A stretch of DNA of 32,000 nucleotides from Mycolicibacterium smegmatis (GCF_001457595.1 NZ_LN831039.1:6690001-6722000); one strand, 5' to 3'; positions 16,573 to 24,645 are shown, numbered from the stretch's first letter. A program made the numbers and translations. Notes: generated by a model not told the origin, from the letters alone.

Positions 16573-18185
16573 GCCTGCGAATACCACTGCGTGAACATGG
16601 TGGTGCGGACACGCCGGCTCGCCTGACGGGTCTGCTCGGCGGCCGGCGAGTCGAGCCGATTGGACAGGTCACGCGGCCCGGTGCGGGCGGCGGCGATCTG
16701 GGTGTCCACCGCGGCGCGCACCGTCGCGATGTCGTCCTCGGTCGGGGTGTCGGCGTCTGTCACGTGCAGCAGACCGTCGCAGAAGCCGAGGCGTGCCCAG
16801 TCGCGGACATCGAAGCTCAACGGCAACACGGTTTTTCCCAGAGCTTCCAATTCGTCGACCGTGCGCAGGGTGATACGTGCGGCCGCTTCCTCGTGCATGG
16901 CGTGGATGCGCACACCCGGATCGTCGAGGGCGACGATGCGCTGTGCCTGCAGTCCGTGGGCGAGAAAACCGCCTGACAACGCCTCACCCACGACGAGCGC
17001 GACAACGGGGTGTCCTGCGGTGCGGGCACGGTGATAGGCGTCGACCGCCGCAGCGATCGTCTGGTGCAGACCCACCGTTTCCTCGAGGCGCCCGTAGGCC
17101 TGGCTGGGCAGGTCCACGACCGCGACGATCGCGCGTTTGTCGTTCTTGCCTGCGTCGGTGCGGATCACGTCGTCGACGGCACCGGCGAGCGCAAGGGATT
17201 CCGCGAGGCCCACCTCTCCGTGGCGCGCGCGGTGGTAGGCGTTCTCCGGATCGGGTACGACAGCCAGGTAGGCGCGATCACCGGTGTCTGCGCGGATCAC
17301 CGATCCGATTACCGGAATCGGTTGTGTGCCTGCCAGTTCGGTCAGCCACGTGCGGCCCCGACTGGGTGCGGAGGTGTTGTGCGGTTCCGGTGTCGTGGGC
17401 AGGCGTGCGCCGAGTGCGTGCACTTGTTCGCTGCGGTGCGCTCCGGGTGCCCGCGGTCCCGCGGCGACCGCGGCGCTGACGGCGGCACGCAGCGCGTCGG
17501 CGTCGTCGGGCACCAGGACGTCGGCAAGTCCGTCGGCGTGGCGCTTCTCGCCGCCGTCGATGCTCCAGATCAATGCGCGGTCGGACGCGTCGAATTCGGC
17601 TGCGCCCGCCTCCTGTTCGATCACGGCCGGCCCGTTGAGGCCGATGCGTCCCTGCGGTGTGACGACGAGTGTCGTGCACAGCCCGGCGGCGATGCTGACG
17701 CCGCCGAACGAACCCACCTCGCCCGCCACCACGCCGACGACCGGTGCGAGCGGACGCAGATCCAGTAGGGCAGAGCATATTTCTGCCACGGCGTTGAGCC
17801 CGAGGTTGGCCTCCTGCAGGCGCACCCCACCGGTCTCCAGCAGCAGCACCGCCGCGGTGGTGCGACCGGACCGGCTGTCCTGCGTCGCGAGGCGCAGGGC
17901 CTGGGTGATCTTGGCGCCCGACACCTCGCCGACCGCGCCGCCCTGGAATCGCTGCTCGATCGACGCCACCACCACGGGCCGCCCGTCGATGGTTCCGCGG
18001 GCGATCACCACCCCGTCGTCCGATTGCGGCACGATGCCCTGCGGTACCAGCCACGGAGATTCGATGCGGTCGAACGGGCCGCACAACACCTGCACGCCTT
18101 CCGGGTCCAAGAGGTTCCGGGCCCGCGTGAGCGCGTCCCCTTCGAGGAAACTGCGGCGCTGCAGCATCGTCTGCCAGTTGCTCAT
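16569..18185 (-). CDS. mdcD: Fused malonate decarboxylase beta and gamma subunits (carboxyltransferase MdcD-MdcE in one polypeptide)
   Basis: 538 aa. The N-terminal half (SFLEGDALTRARNLLDPEG...GGAVGEVSGAKI) is MdcD-like and the C-terminal half (RGRTWL...AIVAVVDLPSQAYGRLEE...GEALSGGFLAHGLQA) is MdcE-like, joined by an Ala/Pro-rich linker. ATG 18183-18185 overlaps the mdcC stop as ATGA. Confidence 0.85.
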   Translation of the reverse strand: MSNWQTMLQRRSFLEGDALTRARNLLDPEGVQVLCGPFDRIESPWLVPQGIVPQSDDGVVIARGTIDGRPVVVASIEQRFQGGAVGEVSGAKITQALRLATQDSRSGRTTAAVLLLETGGVRLQEANLGLNAVAEICSALLDLRPLAPVVGVVAGEVGSFGGVSIAAGLCTTLVVTPQGRIGLNGPAVIEQEAGAAEFDASDRALIWSIDGGEKRHADGLADVLVPDDADALRAAVSAAVAAGPRAPGAHRSEQVHALGARLPTTPEPHNTSAPSRGRTWLTELAGTQPIPVIGSVIRADTGDRAYLAVVPDPENAYHRARHGEVGLAESLALAGAVDDVIRTDAGKNDKRAIVAVVDLPSQAYGRLEETVGLHQTIAAAVDAYHRARTAGHPVVALVVGEALSGGFLAHGLQAQRIVALDDPGVRIHAMHEEAAARITLRTVDELEALGKTVLPLSFDVRDWARLGFCDGLLHVTDADTPTEDDIATVRAAVDTQIAAARTGPRDLSNRLDSPAAEQTRQASRRVRTTMFTQWYSQA

Positions 18186-18490
18186 GGGGTCACCTCGGTT
18201 GCGGCTTCGGCGGTCTGGCGCAGGCGCAGTGTCACGACGGCCGGTGTGGCACCGAAATCGTTGAGTTCCCACGTGCCCGCGAGCGGTGTGTGCTCGAAGA
18301 ACCGGGCGAGGGTGTCCTGCCATACGGTGTCGAATCCGTCGACGCTGGTGCGTACACGGACGTGGGCGACACCGGCGGCTTCACCGGTTGCGTCGAACAA
18401 CACCTCCAGATCACCGGACGCGACGACGCCGACGTGGGTGGTTGTGCCGTTGGTGACGGTGGCCGGGAAGCGATACGTCAAGGTCTGCAC
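18182..18490 (-). CDS. mdcC: Malonate decarboxylase acyl carrier protein (delta subunit)
   Basis: 102 aa with the prosthetic-group serine context GVVASGDLEVL. GTG start; overlaps the mdcB 3' end by 13 nt. Confidence 0.85.
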   Translation of the reverse strand: MQTLTYRFPATVTNGTTTHVGVVASGDLEVLFDATGEAAGVAHVRVRTSVDGFDTVWQDTLARFFEHTPLAGTWELNDFGATPAVVTLRLRQTAEAATEVTP

Positions 18491-19341
18491 GTTGATTCTC
18501 CGTTCCAGGGCAGTGAGTCGTAGAACAAGGTGGCGGCCAACAGGTCTGCGCTTCCGCCCATGGACAGCCCGAACCGGTCGGCGTCACGGCAGAACCGCTC
18601 GAGCAGTCTGCGTCCCGAGGAGGTGGTGCACCCGCCGGCATCGAGAACGTCTGCCGCGCAACGGTGTACGTAGGTCAATGCCGAAGGTCCGCCGCGGTGC
18701 ACCACGCACGTGTCGTCCAGCGACGCCATGATGGCCATCAGGGTGTCGAGCGCAGCGCTGTCGGGGTCGTGCCCCTGGAGCCGGGCCGCACGCAGTGTCG
18801 GCAGTCCGATGTGGACCACGTGCGGGAAGCCGGCCGCGGCCTCGGTGACCGCGCCGCCCGTGCCGTGGCGCAACCGGGCGCGCTGCCCGTGCGAGATGGC
18901 GCGCTCGGGCGCCGCCACATCGGGTAGGTACGCGATCTGCGCGGCGACGCGGGCCGCACCCGGAACGGTATGTGCGGTCGCCGCACCCGCCGCGAGCAGG
19001 CCCAGCGCCCACAGCGCGCCGCGGTGGGTGTTGACACCGCCGGTGACCGTGGACATGCGGTGCTCGCCTGCCCGCCCGATCGCGCCGAGTCGTGCCCGCA
19101 ACGCCAACCCGACCGGGAGTTCGCGCGCCGCGATGGCGCAGTCACGGATCGGCCCGAACAACGCGTCGGCCGAGGCACGCAGCAGGTCCACGGTCATGTC
19201 GGGGTGGGAGGCGTTGCCGTGCGTGTCGACCAGGCCGGGTTTCGGCGTCAGGAGCGCTTCGGTGTGCAACGCGGCCACCGCGGCGGTCGCGATCTGTGCC
19301 GCCGGCAGGCCGGCGACGTCGAGGACCTCGGTGGTGGTCAT
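18478..19341 (-). CDS. mdcB: Triphosphoribosyl-dephospho-CoA synthase
   Basis: ALLTPKPGLVDTHGNASHPDM and NTHRGALWALGLL are CitG/MdcB-type motifs. Start reassigned to ATG 19339-19341, 4 nt after the mdcA stop. Confidence 0.85.
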   Translation of the reverse strand: MTTTEVLDVAGLPAAQIATAAVAALHTEALLTPKPGLVDTHGNASHPDMTVDLLRASADALFGPIRDCAIAARELPVGLALRARLGAIGRAGEHRMSTVTGGVNTHRGALWALGLLAAGAATAHTVPGAARVAAQIAYLPDVAAPERAISHGQRARLRHGTGGAVTEAAAGFPHVVHIGLPTLRAARLQGHDPDSAALDTLMAIMASLDDTCVVHRGGPSALTYVHRCAADVLDAGGCTTSSGRRLLERFCRDADRFGLSMGGSADLLAATLFYDSLPWNGESTCRP

Positions 19342-19345
19342 GGCC

Positions 19346-20980
19346 TCACCAGTCCCGGAACCGGGCCGGCGGGTCGTACAGGCCGCCCGACCACGCCACC
19401 AGATCGGAGATGCTGCGGGCGGCCAGCAGCGACCGGTCGGCATCGCGGGTGCTCACCTTGAGGTCCTCGGGGAAGGCCACCAGGCCGTCGCTGCGCAACT
19501 GCTCGGTGCGGCGCGCGTCCGCGGCGCGCCCGACGCCGGTGACGCCCGCGACCGCGGCCAGCGCTGCGCGCCGGTCGTCCAGCGAGTGCGCCTTGTACAG
19601 GTAGGCGACGCCTTCCTCGGTGACGATGTGGGTGACGTCGTCGCCATAGATCATGACCGGTGGCACGGGCATACCGGTTCTGGTCGCGACGTCGACGGCG
19701 TCCAGGCTCTCGACGAACGTCGGCACGCCGCCCTTCTGGAAGGTCTGTGCGATCTGTACGACGAGTTTCCTGCCACGCAGGGCAGCGCCCTCGCCGTGGA
19801 CCATGCTCAGCCACGACGGCGATGCGTGCCTGCGGCCGTGCGGATCGTGGCCCATGTTGGGCGCGCCGCCGAATCCCGGCAGCCTGCTCTCGGTGACGGT
19901 CGACGAGTTGCCGTCCCGGTCGATCTGCAGTGACGAGCCGATGAACATGTCGACGGCGTATTGGCCGGCCAGTTGGCACAGCACGCGGTTGGACCGCAGG
20001 GATCCGTCTCGCCCGGTGAAGAACACGTCGGGCCGTGCGGCGGTGTAGCGCTCCATCCCGGCCTCGCCACCGAAGCTGTGGATCGATTCCACCCAGCCGG
20101 ATTCGATGGCCGGGATCAGCGTCGGATGCGGGTTGAGCGTCCAGTACTTCGCGATCCGGCCCTTGAGGCCCAGCCGTTCGCCGTACGTGGGCAGAATGAG
20201 TTCGATTGCTGCGGTGTCGAATCCGATGCCGTGGTTGAGCGAGACCACCTCGTGCCGTTCGTACACGCCGCGGATGGCGATCATGGCCTTGAGGATCTCG
20301 ACCGGTCCGATCAGCCGGGGATCGCGCGTGAACAGCGGTTCGAGGGCGAACGGGCGGTCGGCGGCGACCACCAGATCGACCCAGTCGCCGGGGATGTCGA
20401 TGCGCGGTAGCGTCCCGGGTTCGACGATCCTGTCGGCCTGCACGATCACCACGCCGTCGTGGAACGCGGCGGCCTCGGCGATGGTCGGGGTGTCCTCGGT
20501 GTTGGGGCCGGTGAACAGGTTGCCGTCGGTGTCGGCTGCCGTGGCGCACAACAGCACCACGTCCGGGGCCAGGTCGGTGAACATCCTGGCGTACAACTCG
20601 ACGTAGGTGTGAATGGCTCCGATCTGCACGGTGCCGTCCTCGACGAGTTGCGCGATCCGCACGCTCTGCGGTCCGGCATACGCGAGGTCGAGGCGGGTGG
20701 CGATGCCTCGTTCGAACAGGTCGAGGTGCTCGGGCCGCGACACCGACGAGATCAGCATGTGCAGGTCGTGGAGGCGCTCCGGATCGCACGCGGCCAGGGT
20801 GCGGGACAGGTAGTCGGCCTGCTTCTGGTTGTCGCCCTCCAGCGCGACGCGGTCGCCGGGATGGATGACGGTCTGCAGCAGGTCGCCCAGTCGGCCGGCG
20901 TCGATCACCTTGCCGGTGCAGTACTGCCCGGCGTCGTCCATCCGGCGGGTCTTGGCGCGCCTGCGGCGGTCCCAGGTCAT
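19346..20980 (-). CDS. mdcA: Malonate decarboxylase alpha subunit (acetyl-S-ACP:malonate ACP transferase)
   Basis: 544 aa. The conserved C-terminal block PPVMIYGDDVTHIVTEEGVAYLYKA...RSLLAARSISDLVAWSGGLYDPPARFRDW is typical of MdcA. ATG 20978-20980 overlaps the stop of the upstream hydrolase as ATGA. Confidence 0.9.
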   Translation of the reverse strand: MTWDRRRRAKTRRMDDAGQYCTGKVIDAGRLGDLLQTVIHPGDRVALEGDNQKQADYLSRTLAACDPERLHDLHMLISSVSRPEHLDLFERGIATRLDLAYAGPQSVRIAQLVEDGTVQIGAIHTYVELYARMFTDLAPDVVLLCATAADTDGNLFTGPNTEDTPTIAEAAAFHDGVVIVQADRIVEPGTLPRIDIPGDWVDLVVAADRPFALEPLFTRDPRLIGPVEILKAMIAIRGVYERHEVVSLNHGIGFDTAAIELILPTYGERLGLKGRIAKYWTLNPHPTLIPAIESGWVESIHSFGGEAGMERYTAARPDVFFTGRDGSLRSNRVLCQLAGQYAVDMFIGSSLQIDRDGNSSTVTESRLPGFGGAPNMGHDPHGRRHASPSWLSMVHGEGAALRGRKLVVQIAQTFQKGGVPTFVESLDAVDVATRTGMPVPPVMIYGDDVTHIVTEEGVAYLYKAHSLDDRRAALAAVAGVTGVGRAADARRTEQLRSDGLVAFPEDLKVSTRDADRSLLAARSISDLVAWSGGLYDPPARFRDW

Positions 20981-21807
20981 CGAACCGACCTGGCGGCCGC
21001 GAGGATCACGTCGGTCACCGCGTCGGGATGGCTGACCAGCGTGAGATGCGAGCCGCCGGGGAACTCGGTGACCGCGGAGTGCGCCCGCTGCGCCATCGCG
21101 TGTTCGGCTGTGGGAGTGATGATCTCGTCCCCGGTGCTGATGAAGTACCAGGACGGGATGTCCTTCCACGCGGCCTGGGTGGCCGGGGTGTCGAATGCCG
21201 CGGTCGCCGCGGTGCGCTGGGTGGCCCACAGTTCGGTGGCCTGATCCTGCGGGAGGTCCTTGGCGAAGTGGTTCACGAAGATGTCGCGGCGCAGGTACAG
21301 ATCCGTCTCCCCCGCTGGTCCGGCCACCTGGTCGAACAACTGGTGGTCGGGCAGTTTCTTGAGCACCGAGTCGGCCCCGGACAGCGACCCGTTGGTCTCG
21401 CCGACATCCGGCGCGGCGGCGTCGACGTACACCAGCGCCTTGATGTCCGGGTTGCCCGCGGCGGCCTCGGTGATGACCGCGCCGCCGTAGGAGTGCCCGA
21501 CCAGGACGACCGGCCCGTCGACGGTGTGCAGGAACGACGCGACCGACGCGGCGTCGGTGGTGAGATTGCGCAGCGGGTTGGCGATGGCCCTGGCGTCGTA
21601 GCCCTGGCCGCGCAGCACCGTCAGCTCGCCGTCCCAGCTGGAGGTGTCGGCCCAGGCGCCGTGCACCAGCACGATGGTCGGTTTGGCCCCGGGCGCCGGC
21701 GCGGCCACCGAGCGGGCGTCGTCACCGAGAAGGGCGACGACGGCCACCCCGGCCGCGACGGTGAGCATGGCGATGGCGGATATCACTGGGCGGATCGCGG
21801 CGTTCAT
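20977..21807 (-). CDS. Alpha/beta-fold hydrolase (esterase-like) with an N-terminal signal peptide or membrane anchor
   Basis: Basic N-terminus MNAAIR, then a 22-residue hydrophobic segment and SVAAPAP. Nucleophile elbow GHSYGG, HGAWAD oxyanion region and a C-terminal GGSHLTLVSHP histidine. AGGAAG lies upstream of ATG 21807. Confidence 0.8.
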   Translation of the reverse strand: MNAAIRPVISAIAMLTVAAGVAVVALLGDDARSVAAPAPGAKPTIVLVHGAWADTSSWDGELTVLRGQGYDARAIANPLRNLTTDAASVASFLHTVDGPVVLVGHSYGGAVITEAAAGNPDIKALVYVDAAAPDVGETNGSLSGADSVLKKLPDHQLFDQVAGPAGETDLYLRRDIFVNHFAKDLPQDQATELWATQRTAATAAFDTPATQAAWKDIPSWYFISTGDEIITPTAEHAMAQRAHSAVTEFPGGSHLTLVSHPDAVTDVILAAARSVR

Positions 21808-21928
21808 GTGGTCACTTCCTGGTGATCAGGGCTCGGCGGTCACGTTCACAACGAGCGTCCAGCATTTGCCCAGCTCAGTCATTGCCAGTGGCGAGAAACC
21901 CGTATACCGGCTAGCGGTAAACCTGACT

Positions 21929-21951
21929 GCCGCCGATCTGTGTCCGGCGGC
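21929..21951. repeat. GC-rich inverted repeat GCCGCCG-N9-CGGCGGC in the hydrolase/NCS1 divergent intergenic region
   Basis: 7-bp perfect stem read directly. It lies in a 272-bp region of lower GC. Confidence 0.3.
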
Positions 21952-22079
21952 CCTTACAAGGCAAATGTTTCGTGAGGGTTTACAGAACATGTCACCCTCT
22001 CGGCGGGCAAAAGTTCCCGAGTTGCCCGAAGATGACAGCCAAGAGTCCTCCTATCTGCTCCACGAACGGAATCGACGTC

Positions 22080-23516
22080 ATGTCCGCTACCGCCACCGGG
22101 ACACCCGTGCCTGGCACCACCGAGAGTCTCGAATCCGACCTCACCGTCATCCCCGAATCGAGCCGGACCACCGATGTGCGGGGACAGTTCTGGATCTGGG
22201 CCGGGGCCAACATCGCCCCGATCAACTGGATCCTCGGCGCGCTCGGTGTCTCGATGGGGCTCGGCCTGTTCGAGACCATCGCGGTGCTCGCGGTCGGCAA
22301 CGCGATCGGCATGTCGCTGTTCGGCACGTTCGTGGTGATCGGGCAACGCACCGGTGTCACCGGCATGGTCCTGTCCCGCGCGGTGTTCGGCCGCCGCGGG
22401 GCCTACGTGCCCGCCGCCGTGCAGGCCGTGGTGTGCATGGGGTGGTGTGCGGTCAACACCTGGATCGTGCTCGACCTGGTGATGGCGCTGCTGGGTCGCG
22501 TCGGGATCGTCGACCCCGACAACGCCTCTGCCGCACCGCGCATCCTGGTGGCCGCGATCATCATGGTCATCCAGGTGGTCATCGCATGGTTCGGTTACCG
22601 CGTCATCGCGACGTTCGAACGGTGGACCGTGCCGCCGACCGTCGCGGTCCTGGTCGCCATGACGCTCGTCGCGTGGTTCGGGCTCGACGTCGACTGGGGC
22701 TACTCGGGTGTCGCGACCCTGACCACCACCGAGCACATCGCCGCGCTCAGCGCGGTCATGACCGCAATCGGAATCGGCTGGGGCATCACGTGGTTGGGGT
22801 ACGCGGCCGACTACTCCCGCTTCGTCTCCACCAAGGTGCCGTCACGCAAGCTGTTCACGGTCAGCGCGCTGGGACAGTTCATCCCGGTGATCTGGCTCGG
22901 CGCGCTCGGCGCGACCCTGGCCACGCTGAGCACGTCGACGGATCCGGGTGAGATCATCGTCGATGCCTATGGCGCACTGGCGATCCCGGTTCTGCTGCTG
23001 GTCGTGCACGGACCGCTGGCCACCAACATCCTCAACATCTACACCTGCACGGTGTCCACCCAGGCGCTCGACATCCACATCAACCGCCGTGTGCTCAACG
23101 TGGTGATCGGTGTGGTCGCGATGGCGATTGTCGTGGTGTTCGTGCTCAACGGGGACTTCGCCTCCACCATCGACGCCTGGCTCGTGGGCATCGTCGGGTG
23201 GCTGTCACCGTGGGCCGCGGTGATGCTGGTGCACTACTTCTTCATCGCACGCAGGCAGGTCGACGCCGAGGCGTTGGTGGCCCCTCCCGAGGCCAGGCTG
23301 CTGCCCATGGTGCGTCCGACGGCACTGGTGGCGCTGGCCATCGGCGTGGTGTGCACCTGGATGTTCATGTACGGCATGATCCCGTTGCTGCAGGGCCCGG
23401 CCGCACTCGCGCTCGGTGGCGTGGACCTGTCCTGGCTGGCCGGCGGCCTCACGGCCGGGATCAGCTACCTCGCGCTGGAGGGGGTCCGGACGCGGCGGAC
23501 CACCGTCAGCGGCTGA
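22080..23516 (+). CDS. NCS1-family (purine-cytosine/allantoin/hydantoin-type) permease
   Basis: The multi-helix membrane protein with the TM1 motif FWIWAGANIAPINW is typical of cytosine/purine permeases. Start set to ATG 22080 because codons between 21972 and 22079 are AT3-rich and rare (AGG, AGA, ACA, TGT). ATG 22032 is an alternative. Confidence 0.8.
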   Translation: MSATATGTPVPGTTESLESDLTVIPESSRTTDVRGQFWIWAGANIAPINWILGALGVSMGLGLFETIAVLAVGNAIGMSLFGTFVVIGQRTGVTGMVLSRAVFGRRGAYVPAAVQAVVCMGWCAVNTWIVLDLVMALLGRVGIVDPDNASAAPRILVAAIIMVIQVVIAWFGYRVIATFERWTVPPTVAVLVAMTLVAWFGLDVDWGYSGVATLTTTEHIAALSAVMTAIGIGWGITWLGYAADYSRFVSTKVPSRKLFTVSALGQFIPVIWLGALGATLATLSTSTDPGEIIVDAYGALAIPVLLLVVHGPLATNILNIYTCTVSTQALDIHINRRVLNVVIGVVAMAIVVVFVLNGDFASTIDAWLVGIVGWLSPWAAVMLVHYFFIARRQVDAEALVAPPEARLLPMVRPTALVALAIGVVCTWMFMYGMIPLLQGPAALALGGVDLSWLAGGLTAGISYLALEGVRTRRTTVSG

Positions 23517-23691
23517 GACTCGCCCCGAAGTCCGCCCGGTAATCGGCCCTGGCAGCGTTGTCACGCTGCGCAAAGACCTCCGTCAACCGCGCCGTGAGCG
23601 CGTCGGTCATCAGGGTCCACGCGTCGGATCCGAGAACGAGACGCCGGGGCGGATCGGCGGAATCCGCCGCCCGCGAGGTGAGCGGGCACAT
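23506..23691 (-). pseudogene. C-terminal remnant of an SDR-type oxidoreductase gene (N-terminal ~200 codons missing)
   Basis: The translation ...TSRAADSADPPRRLVLGSDAWTLMTDALTARLTEVFAQRDNAARADYR resembles the C-terminal tail of ~280-aa SDR oxidoreductases. No Rossmann or catalytic part lies upstream, and the space is occupied by the opposite-strand methyltransferase gene. Confidence 0.4.
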
Positions 23692-23713
23692 CCCCGCCCG
23701 CAGGTAGGTTGGT

Positions 23714-24559
23714 GTGGTGGATCGTTCAGAGGAACCCGGCGGGAAGATCGACGCGAGCGCACTCACCGGGGTGTCGGAAACCGCGTTGCTGACGCTGTAC
23801 GGCAGGGCGTATCAGGCCCGTCACCCGCAGGCGATCCTGAACGATCCGATGGCGATCCGCCTGGTCGATTCGATCGAGTTCGACTTCGAGAAGTTCGGCC
23901 GCAAAGGCCAGGAGATGGCGCTGCGCTCACTGGCTTTCGACCGCGCGGCCCTCGCGTACCTGTCGGCGCATCCCCGCGCCACCGTCGTCGCGCTGGCCGA
24001 GGGCCTGCAGACCACCTTCTGGCGCCTCACCGATGCCTTGCCCGATGCCGAGTTCCGTTGGCTCACCGTGGACTTCCAGCCGATCATCGATCTGCGCGGG
24101 CGCCTTCTGCCTGCCGACCCGCGGATCACCTGTCTGGCACAGTCGGCGCTCGACTACAGCTGGATGGACCAGGTCGACACCGGCGACGGTGTTTTCATCA
24201 CGGCCGAGGGTCTGCTGATGTACCTGGAGCCCGAGGAGTCGATGGGCCTGATCAAGCAGTGCGCCAACAGGTTTGCCGGTGGTCAGATGGTGTTCGATCT
24301 CCCGCCGGTGGTGGTGAAGAAGTTCGCGAAGAAAGGGCTGCGGTCCTCCAAGCGCTACCGTGTGCCGCCCATGCCGTTCAGCCTCACGCCGAATCAACTG
24401 CAGGACCTGGCGCGCACGGTGCCGGGCATCCGCGCCGTGCACGACCTGCCGATGCCTGCCGGCCGGGGTTTTCTCTTCGAGAAGGTGTTCCCGGCGTTCT
24501 GGCAGTTCAAGCCCACCAAGCAGATCCGTGGCGCGTACACGTTGCTGGAACTGGGCTGA
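23714..24559 (+). CDS. Class I SAM-dependent methyltransferase, TcmP/LCMT-like (COG3315-type)
   Basis: GVSETALLTLYGRAYQARHPQAILNDPMAIRLV and VVALAEGLQTTFWRL resemble TcmP-family O-methyltransferases. GTG start. Confidence 0.75.
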   Translation: MVDRSEEPGGKIDASALTGVSETALLTLYGRAYQARHPQAILNDPMAIRLVDSIEFDFEKFGRKGQEMALRSLAFDRAALAYLSAHPRATVVALAEGLQTTFWRLTDALPDAEFRWLTVDFQPIIDLRGRLLPADPRITCLAQSALDYSWMDQVDTGDGVFITAEGLLMYLEPEESMGLIKQCANRFAGGQMVFDLPPVVVKKFAKKGLRSSKRYRVPPMPFSLTPNQLQDLARTVPGIRAVHDLPMPAGRGFLFEKVFPAFWQFKPTKQIRGAYTLLELG

Positions 24560-24602
24560 GGCACCATATCGCCGACAGCGCGCCCGCCTGATCCGAGACC
24601 GA

Positions 24603-24619
24603 ACCGTAATGCTTACGGT
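24603..24619. repeat. Hairpin ACCGTAA-tgc-TTACGGT between the methyltransferase and SDR genes
   Basis: 7-bp perfect stem and 3-nt loop read directly, about 45 nt after the methyltransferase stop. No U-tract. Confidence 0.25.
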
Positions 24620-24645
24620 GACGCCCCTCGGTATACGGTCTGGGT

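Noticed and set aside
15971-16672. N-terminal 234 codons of the 533-aa ORF 15071..16672 (-), which would make a giant MdcH
   Set aside because: This part overlaps mdcG in another frame and is Arg-rich with no similarity to acyltransferases. The acyltransferase sequence (PAFLYPGQGSQ) starts right after the GTG at 15970, which forms a GTGA overlap with the mdcG stop.
19338-20789. 483-aa (-) ORF and several (+) ORFs (18710..19933, 19961..20410, 20459..21244) inside mdcA/mdcB
   Set aside because: These are alternate-frame or antisense shadows. Only the 19346..20980 and 18478..19341 frames give MdcA and MdcB motifs.
21888-21960. Possible TPP (THI-box) riboswitch upstream of the NCS1 permease. GGCGAGAAACCCGUAU resembles GGCUGAGAAAUACCCGUAU of E. 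coli thiM, and ACCUGA followed by a hairpin resembles the P4/P5 arm.
   Set aside because: - The invariant U of CUGAGA is missing.
- I could not find a convincing P1/P2/P3 pairing upstream.
- The conserved pyrophosphate-sensor elements (the GCG...AGGGA segment after P5) are absent.
- An Infernal search with RF00059 would settle it, and only a hit above the gathering threshold would revive the idea.
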